Notes under the pieces: generated by a model
Told to the model about the DNA's origin: nothing
The model's database searches: none
The model's input: only the letters and a program-made list of their open reading frames with translations
In this document: in pieces, positions 58,574 through 64,000 of the stretch
Layout of the letters: the number at the start of each line of letters is the position of its first letter
Numbering within the stretch: the stretch's first letter is position 1
Made by a program: the position numbers and the translations under genes
Source: Clostridia bacterium
GTDB lineage: Bacteria; Bacillota; Clostridia; UMGS1883; UMGS1540
Reading direction: 5' to 3'
Length of the DNA stretch: 64,000 bases
Assembly (NCBI GenBank): GCA_045531205.1
Contig: JAZSDN010000003.1
Location: forward strand, 17,281-81,280

Positions 58574-59299
58574 TTAACCTTCGTAATATAAAGGCAATCT
58601 TCTTTTGTGAGCGGTACGATTGTGTGCTGAAGATATTTTTTCAGCAGAAATCGAATTTACTTCATTTCCTTCTATAAAATCCTCAATTTCAGAATAAAGA
58701 ACACCCATTTCAGCTTCATCGGTCTGCCCTTCAAAAAGGCCTGCCGACGGAGCTTTTTTAATAATATTTTCGGGAGCACCCAAAAATTCCAAAAACTCGT
58801 ATACTTCACTTACAGTAAGGTCGGCTATAGGATTAAAATCACAAGCACCGTCGCCCCACTTAGTAAAGTATCCCATAAAAATCTCACATTTATTCCCGGT
58901 TCCCGCAACAACGGCATTGCGTGTTTGCGCAATAGCATAAAGCGTAGTCATGCGAAGACGCGGATTTATATTCATAGAAGAGGGAAGGGATAACTCAATT
59001 GGAGAAATTGCATCAACTATAGTATTTTTAACTCCGCTTAAATCAACGGTTATGTTTTCTATTCCGAATTTTTCGCAGGTAGCAACAGCATCCTGCATAT
59101 CTTCCCCAAAATTGCGTTTTGAGTTGCAGGGCATCATAACCGATAACACATTATCACAGGCTTTTTTACATAAAATGCCAACTAAAGTGCAATCCTTACC
59201 ACCGCTGTTTCCAAATACAATTCCGTCAGCATGTGAATTTTTAAGAACCTCTTTTATAAAAGAAACTCTTTTTTCAAGTTCTAAAGCATAATTTCTCAT
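58574..59299 (-). CDS. nadE: NH3-dependent NAD+ synthetase
   Basis: Start at MRNYALELE. PP-loop GNSGGKDCT. Confidence 0.85.
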   Translation of the reverse strand: MRNYALELEKRVSFIKEVLKNSHADGIVFGNSGGKDCTLVGILCKKACDNVLSVMMPCNSKRNFGEDMQDAVATCEKFGIENITVDLSGVKNTIVDAISPIELSLPSSMNINPRLRMTTLYAIAQTRNAVVAGTGNKCEIFMGYFTKWGDGACDFNPIADLTVSEVYEFLEFLGAPENIIKKAPSAGLFEGQTDEAEMGVLYSEIEDFIEGNEVNSISAEKISSAHNRTAHKRRLPLYYEG

Positions 59300-59400
59300 A
59301 TATAAACCTCGTAAAATGTTTTTTAAAATTATATTACTATTTATATAATATGTCAAATGTTTTTATATAAAAATTATTTGACATAATTTAATAAATGATA

Positions 59401-59429
59401 TTGACTTTGGAAATATTTTAGAGTATACT
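59401..59429 (+). promoter_or_regulatory. Candidate sigma-A promoter of the decarboxylase operon
   Basis: TTGACT, 17-nt spacer, TATACT. Confidence 0.45.
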
Positions 59430-59465
59430 GTATGCTGGAAATATTTTGAGGAAAGGAAGAACAGT

Positions 59466-59762
59466 ATGAACACAATTTCACTTGAAGCTGCAAACGAGAT
59501 AAGCGAATTAACTGTTTTCGGTTTTGGGTTTGGGCTTGTTTTTGTAGGTCTTGTGTGTCTTATAGCAATATGCTATATCATGGGTTCAGTTTGCAAAGCA
59601 CTTGTAAAAGAAGAACCCAAAAAGGTACAGACACCTGCTAAAACACCGGCAACAACAATTCCAAATAAGCAGGAACTTGCAGCAGCAATTTCTGCAGTAA
59701 TAGCAGAAGAACTTGGTACCGATATAAAGGGTATCAGAATACATTCAATTAAAAAAGTGTGA
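59466..59762 (+). CDS. oadG: Na+-translocating decarboxylase gamma subunit (OadG family)
   Basis: 98 aa with a single N-terminal TM (FGFGFGLVFVGLVCL) and a Pro/Ala/Lys-rich linker. Confidence 0.7.
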   Translation: MNTISLEAANEISELTVFGFGFGLVFVGLVCLIAICYIMGSVCKALVKEEPKKVQTPAKTPATTIPNKQELAAAISAVIAEELGTDIKGIRIHSIKKV

Positions 59763-59781
59763 GAGGAAAGGAAAGAGAAGA

Positions 59782-60144
59782 ATGAAAAAGTATAAAGTAA
59801 ATGTAAATGGAACAGCATATGAAATAGAAATTGAAGAATTAACAGGCGCAGCACAGGCTCCCGTAGCAGCTCCCGCACCTGCAAAAGAAGAAGCACCCGC
59901 ACCTGCACCCGCAGCAGCTCCCGCAGGCGAAGGACAGCAGGTAACAGCTCCAATGCCCGGCACAATTTTAGCAGTAAATGTGCAGGCTGGCGATACAATT
60001 AAAAAAGGCCAGGTTCTTATGGTTTTGGAAGCTATGAAAATGGAAAACGAAATTATGGCAGGCTGCGACGGTACAGTTGAATCAGTTTGCGTTACAAAAG
60101 GCACATCAGTAGTATCAGGAACAGTACTTTGCACAATAGCTTAA
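59782..60144 (+). CDS. Biotin carboxyl carrier protein (stand-alone biotinyl domain)
   Basis: Ala/Pro linker, then a biotinyl domain with EAMKMENEI. Confidence 0.85.
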   Translation: MKKYKVNVNGTAYEIEIEELTGAAQAPVAAPAPAKEEAPAPAPAAAPAGEGQQVTAPMPGTILAVNVQAGDTIKKGQVLMVLEAMKMENEIMAGCDGTVESVCVTKGTSVVSGTVLCTIA

Positions 60145-60163
60145 ACTTAAAGGAGTAATAAAA

Positions 60164-61354
60164 ATGTCAACAATATTAAATTTTCTTGGTGACACAGGCT
60201 TTGCTCTTTTGGCAGAAAACTATCTTTGCCTTATAATGATAGCTATTTCTCTTGTACTTATGTACCTTGCCATTGTAAAAAAATTCGAGCCATTGCTCTT
60301 GTTACCAATAGCATTCGGTATGCTTTTAACAAACTTACCCGGTGCAGGATTATATCATCCTGAAATATTTGGCGGCGGAACTGTTAACTGGGCAGCCTTT
60401 CCTCACGGTCTGGTTAACGGGACAGAAGTTACAGCAGGGCTTTTAGACTATCTTTACCTCGGTGTAAAGCTCGGTATATATCCTTGCCTTATCTTTATAG
60501 GCGTTGGTGCTATGACAGACTTTGGTCCCCTCATTGCAAACCCCAAAAGCTTGCTTTTAGGTGCTGCAGCACAGGCAGGTATCTTTATAGCATTCTTTGG
60601 CGCAGTAGCACTCGGCTTCAATCCCTTTGAAGCTTCTTCAATTGGTATCATCGGCGGCGCAGATGGTCCTACGGCTATATATGTAACATCTCGTCTTGCT
60701 CCCGACCTTTTAGGTCCCATAGCAGTAGCTGCATATTCATATATGGCACTCGTTCCCGTTATTCAGCCTCCTATTATGAAGGCTCTTACAACCAAAAAGG
60801 AACGTTCTATTGTAATGAAACAGTTAAGACCTGTTTCAAAAACAGAAAAAATTGTATTCCCCATAGTTGTTACAATATTTGTAGCACTTTTAGTTCCTTC
60901 AGCAGCTCCCTTAATAGGCTCACTTATGCTTGGTAACCTTCTTACAGAAAGCGGAGTTTGCGAAAGACTTTCAAAAACTGTACAGAACGAGCTTATGAAT
61001 ATCGTAACAGTATTCTTAGGCATTTCTGTTGGAGCAACAGCAACAGCTGAAATTTTCCTTCAGTGGAAAACTCTCGGTATAATAGTAATGGGTGTAATTG
61101 CATTTGCAGGCGGTACAGCCGGCGGTGTATTACTTGCTAAGTTTATGAACCTCTTTACAAAGAATAAAATCAACCCCCTCATCGGTTCGGCAGGCGTTTC
61201 TGCTGTACCTATGGCTGCAAGAGTATCACAGACTGTTGGACAGAAAGAAAATCCCTCAAACTTCTTACTTATGCATGCAATGGGCCCCAACGTTTCCGGC
61301 GTTATAGGTTCTGCCATAGCAGCGGGTGCGCTCCTTACATTATTCTTGAAGTAA
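60164..61354 (+). CDS. oadB: Na+-translocating decarboxylase beta subunit
   Basis: 396-aa polytopic protein typical of the OadB/GcdB/MmdB family ([21 protein letters not shown]). Confidence 0.9.
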   Translation: MSTILNFLGDTGFALLAENYLCLIMIAISLVLMYLAIVKKFEPLLLLPIAFGMLLTNLPGAGLYHPEIFGGGTVNWAAFPHGLVNGTEVTAGLLDYLYLGVKLGIYPCLIFIGVGAMTDFGPLIANPKSLLLGAAAQAGIFIAFFGAVALGFNPFEASSIGIIGGADGPTAIYVTSRLAPDLLGPIAVAAYSYMALVPVIQPPIMKALTTKKERSIVMKQLRPVSKTEKIVFPIVVTIFVALLVPSAAPLIGSLMLGNLLTESGVCERLSKTVQNELMNIVTVFLGISVGATATAEIFLQWKTLGIIVMGVIAFAGGTAGGVLLAKFMNLFTKNKINPLIGSAGVSAVPMAARVSQTVGQKENPSNFLLMHAMGPNVSGVIGSAIAAGALLTLFLK

Positions 61355-61371
61355 GGGAGAAAGGATAAATT

Positions 61372-62769
61372 ATGGCTAATAAATTATATATTACAGATAC
61401 AATTTTACGTGACGCTCATCAGTCGCAGGCGGCTACAAGAATGAAAACAGAAGACATGCTTCCTGTTTGCGAAATTCTTGACAATATGGGCTATTGGTCA
61501 CTTGAATGCTGGGGCGGTGCAACATTCGATTCTTGTATGAGATTTTTGAATGAAGACCCCTGGGAACGCCTTCGTACATTAAAAAAGGCAATGCCTAAAA
61601 CAAAATTACAGATGCTTTTGCGTGGACAGAACCTTTTGGGATACAAACACTACGCAGATGATGTTGTTGAAGCTTTCTGTAAAAAATCCATCGAAAATGG
61701 TATTGATGTTGTAAGAGTATTCGATGCATTAAATGATACACGAAACATAGCCGCAGCAATGAAGTACATTAAAGAATACGGTGGAACATGTGAAGCGGCA
61801 ATCAGCTACACAGTAAGTCCTGTGCACGACGAAGATTATTTTGTTCGTCTTGCAGAAAAACTCGAAAAAATGGGTGCAGATGTAATTTGTATAAAGGATA
61901 TGGCAAACCTTTTACTTCCTTACGATGCATATTCTCTCGTAAAGAAATTAAAAGAAAACATAAGCCTTCCTATACATCTTCATACACATAACACAACAGG
62001 TACAGGTGATATGACATACCTTATGGCAGTACAGGCAGGTGTTGATATTGTTGACTGTGCGCTTTCACCCCTCGCAAATGGCACATCACAGCCTTCAACA
62101 GAAGCTTTGGTTGCCTCATTGCAGGGTACCGACAGAGATACAGGTCTTGACCTTGCAAAACTTTCAGAAGCAGCAGCACATTTCCGTACAGTTGCCGCAA
62201 AGTTAAAAGAACAGGGCAGTCTTGATCCCAAGGTATTAAGTGTTGACACAAATACACTTTTATACCAGGTTCCCGGCGGTATGCTTTCAAACCTTATTTC
62301 ACAGCTTAAACAGGCAAATGCTGAAGATAAGTATTATGAAGTATTGGCAGAAGTACCCAGAGTTCGAGAAGATTTCGGATATCCTCCGCTTGTAACACCT
62401 ACAAGCCAGATAGTAGGTTCACAGGCAGTACTCAATGTTTTATCGGGAGAAAGATATAAGATATTCACAAAAGAATCAAAAGGTCTTTTAAAGGGTGAAT
62501 ATGGCGAACTTCCCGGCACAGTAAACGAAGAAGTACGTAAAAAGGCAATAGGCGACGATGAAATAGTAACAGTTAGACCTGCTGACCTTTTACAGCCCGA
62601 ACTCGAAAAATATCGCGAAGAAACAAAAGACATGGCAAAGAGCGAAGAAGACGTTTTAAGCTATGCACTTTTCCCACAGGTTGCACAAAAATTCTTTGAA
62701 ACAAGAGATAAAAAAGAAGCACCTGCAGACGAAAACGCAGTTCGCGAGCTTTATGTAGAACTTATGTAA
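61372..62769 (+). CDS. oadA: Oxaloacetate decarboxylase alpha subunit (carboxyltransferase domain; no fused biotin domain)
   Basis: TDTILRDAHQS and HxH (HLHTHNTTG) of the HMGL-like 5S carboxyltransferase. Confidence 0.85.
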   Translation: MANKLYITDTILRDAHQSQAATRMKTEDMLPVCEILDNMGYWSLECWGGATFDSCMRFLNEDPWERLRTLKKAMPKTKLQMLLRGQNLLGYKHYADDVVEAFCKKSIENGIDVVRVFDALNDTRNIAAAMKYIKEYGGTCEAAISYTVSPVHDEDYFVRLAEKLEKMGADVICIKDMANLLLPYDAYSLVKKLKENISLPIHLHTHNTTGTGDMTYLMAVQAGVDIVDCALSPLANGTSQPSTEALVASLQGTDRDTGLDLAKLSEAAAHFRTVAAKLKEQGSLDPKVLSVDTNTLLYQVPGGMLSNLISQLKQANAEDKYYEVLAEVPRVREDFGYPPLVTPTSQIVGSQAVLNVLSGERYKIFTKESKGLLKGEYGELPGTVNEEVRKKAIGDDEIVTVRPADLLQPELEKYREETKDMAKSEEDVLSYALFPQVAQKFFETRDKKEAPADENAVRELYVELM

Positions 62770-62782
62770 GAACTAAATAATA

Positions 62783-62865
62783 AAACGGGGAGCTCATTTT
62801 ATGGGCTGAGAGGGATTTTAATCCGACCCGCATACCTGATTTGGATAATGCCAACGTAGGAATTT
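62783..62865 (+). promoter_or_regulatory. TPP (THI-box) riboswitch
   Basis: ACGGGGAGC...GGGCTGAGAGGG...ACCCGCATACCTGATTTGGATAATGCCAACGTAGGAA matches the CUGAGA and ACCUGAU..GGAUAAUGCC..AGGAA cores. Confidence 0.85.
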
Positions 62866-62905
62866 AAGCAGTACACCCCTATATGTTGGTGTACTGCTTT
62901 TTTTC
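62866..62905 (+). terminator. Riboswitch expression-platform terminator
   Basis: AAGCAGTACACC / GGTGTACTGCTT stem followed by a run of six Ts (TTTTTT). Confidence 0.8.
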
Positions 62906-62942
62906 TTCTGAAGGCAAAATAGCTTCAGAAAGGAAATTTATA

Positions 62943-63497
62943 ATGAATAAAACAATAACTCAAAAAATAGTAACAACAGCAATAATGTTTGCACTTGCCT
63001 CAGTGCTTTCGCTTATCACAATATTCCGTGCCCCTTATGGTGGAAGTATAACCTTGGTATCAATGTTACCGCTTATAATTATATCAGTAAAATATAAAAC
63101 ATTATGGGGCGTTATGTCTGCTTGTGTTTACGGAGTATTACAAATGTTTATTACAGGCATCCCCGCACCTCCCGTGCAGGATTTTATTTCTTATCTTCTG
63201 GTTGTACTTTTAGATTATATCCTGGCTTTCGGTGTTTTAGGACTTGCAGAAACCTTTGAAAAATTTTATGGTAAGCAAAAAAGATTTTCCCTTGCCCTTT
63301 CAACTGCAACAGTAATATTTTTAAGATTTATATGCCACTTTTTGTCTGGCATAATTATATGGGGAGTTTACGCACCCGAAGGCACAAGTCCCGCGCTTTA
63401 TTCACTTTTGTACAACGGAAGCTATATGCTTTTCGAGCTTATTATTACAACAGTTATTGTTGCAAATATAACACCTCGTATTTTAGGCATAAAATAA
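62943..63497 (+). CDS. thiT: ECF transporter S component for thiamine (ThiT)
   Basis: Start at the ATG at 62943, downstream of the terminator. 184-aa 6-TM protein behind a TPP riboswitch. Confidence 0.8.
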   Translation: MNKTITQKIVTTAIMFALASVLSLITIFRAPYGGSITLVSMLPLIIISVKYKTLWGVMSACVYGVLQMFITGIPAPPVQDFISYLLVVLLDYILAFGVLGLAETFEKFYGKQKRFSLALSTATVIFLRFICHFLSGIIIWGVYAPEGTSPALYSLLYNGSYMLFELIITTVIVANITPRILGIK

Positions 63498-63534
63498 GAC
63501 AAACCCTCATACCTTTTAAAAGAGGTGAGAGGGC

Positions 63535-63789
63535 TTGAAAGATGTTTTAATATATATATCTTCTCTTATAATACTTATAGGCATTATGTATTTAATGCGA
63601 AAACCTTTTAAATTGCTTGCAAAAGCTTCTTTACGCACTCTTATAGGCTGTGGAGTTCTTTTAGTGCTTAATACCTTTGGTACAACAAGCGGCATTTACA
63701 TAGCAGTAAACTTTATTACGGCTTTTGTTTGCGGTCTGCTCGGCATACCGGGTTTGTGTGTGCTTATTGCCTTGGAACATTTTGTATAA
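63535..63789 (+). CDS. bofA: BofA family pro-sigma-K processing inhibitor
   Basis: 84 aa, 2-3 TM. C-terminal FVCGLLGIPGLCVLIAL is typical. TTG start after GAGGTGAGAGG. Confidence 0.65.
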   Translation: MKDVLIYISSLIILIGIMYLMRKPFKLLAKASLRTLIGCGVLLVLNTFGTTSGIYIAVNFITAFVCGLLGIPGLCVLIALEHFV

Positions 63790-64000
63790 TGGAAAGTGCG
63801 GTTTTTATTCCGTCAACAGCACTCGACATTATACCGCCTGCATACCCACTGCCTTCTCCGACAGGATAAATACCAAAAATACTGGCTTCTCCCATTTCGT
63901 TGCGGTGTATCCGTACAGGGGAGGAGCTTCTTGTTTCAGGAGCAGTAAGTATTGCCTCGTCATTGTCAAAACCGCTTATTTGCTTAGAAAGTACGGGCAA
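63764..64000 (-). CDS. FAD-dependent oxidoreductase (COG2509-like), C-terminal fragment
   Basis: GIYPVGEGSGYAGGIMSSAVDG motif. The 5' part lies outside the window. Confidence 0.6.
   Translation of the reverse strand: MPVLSKQISGFDNDEAILTAPETRSSSPVRIHRNEMGEASIFGIYPVGEGSGYAGGIMSSAVDGIKTALSIIQNVPRQ

Noticed and set aside
59573-60134. Two minus-strand ORFs (141 and 129 aa) opposite oadG and the BCCP gene
   Set aside because: They arise from the GC-rich Ala/Pro-linker codons (GCA/CCC/GCT repeats) of the BCCP gene. The translations are low-complexity.

Overview
AT-rich, gene-dense chromosomal segment that looks like a spore-forming, S-layer-bearing Firmicute (Clostridia-like). Supporting features are bofA, several SLH-domain proteins, a V-type ATPase and rubrerythrin. 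Most of the window is housekeeping. Plus strand: dut (3' end), NusG_II protein, Gx transporter, maf, mreC, mreD, PBP2, eda, minD, mgsA, mtaD, ruvX, DUF1292; then an MFS gene, a DUF5685/J-protein/zinc-ribbon trio, feoAB and tex. Next come a nine-gene ntp-type V-ATPase operon whose K subunit carries a Na+-binding signature, a GH1/amidohydrolase/SLH-lipoprotein/acyltransferase group, a divergent AraC + DMT-like permease + 878-aa unknown protein, and rubrerythrin. Minus strand: valS-folC-gpsA-like; WG-repeat, CAP/SLH and papain-like surface proteins are nearby, with nth on the plus strand. A second minus-strand operon runs OLE-type RNA, oapA, dxs, tlyA, murT, gatD, with nadE upstream. The window ends with a Na+-pumping oxaloacetate decarboxylase (oadG, BCCP, oadB, oadA), a TPP riboswitch + thiT, and bofA. 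Non-coding highlights are a ~590-nt GC-rich OLE-like RNA, a ~195-nt 6S-like RNA and the TPP riboswitch. The most unusual locus is a tightly packed operon at 37.5-41.3 kb. It encodes an SLH wall-anchor protein, an HPr-kinase-like P-loop protein, a PqqD/RRE protein, a Ser/His S26-type peptidase and an ABC exporter. It looks like a peptide/protein-modification cassette but has no small precursor gene and no known core enzyme. I saw no CRISPR array, rRNA, tRNA, transposase or integrase. All calls come from reading the ORF translations and the DNA by eye; no searches were run.
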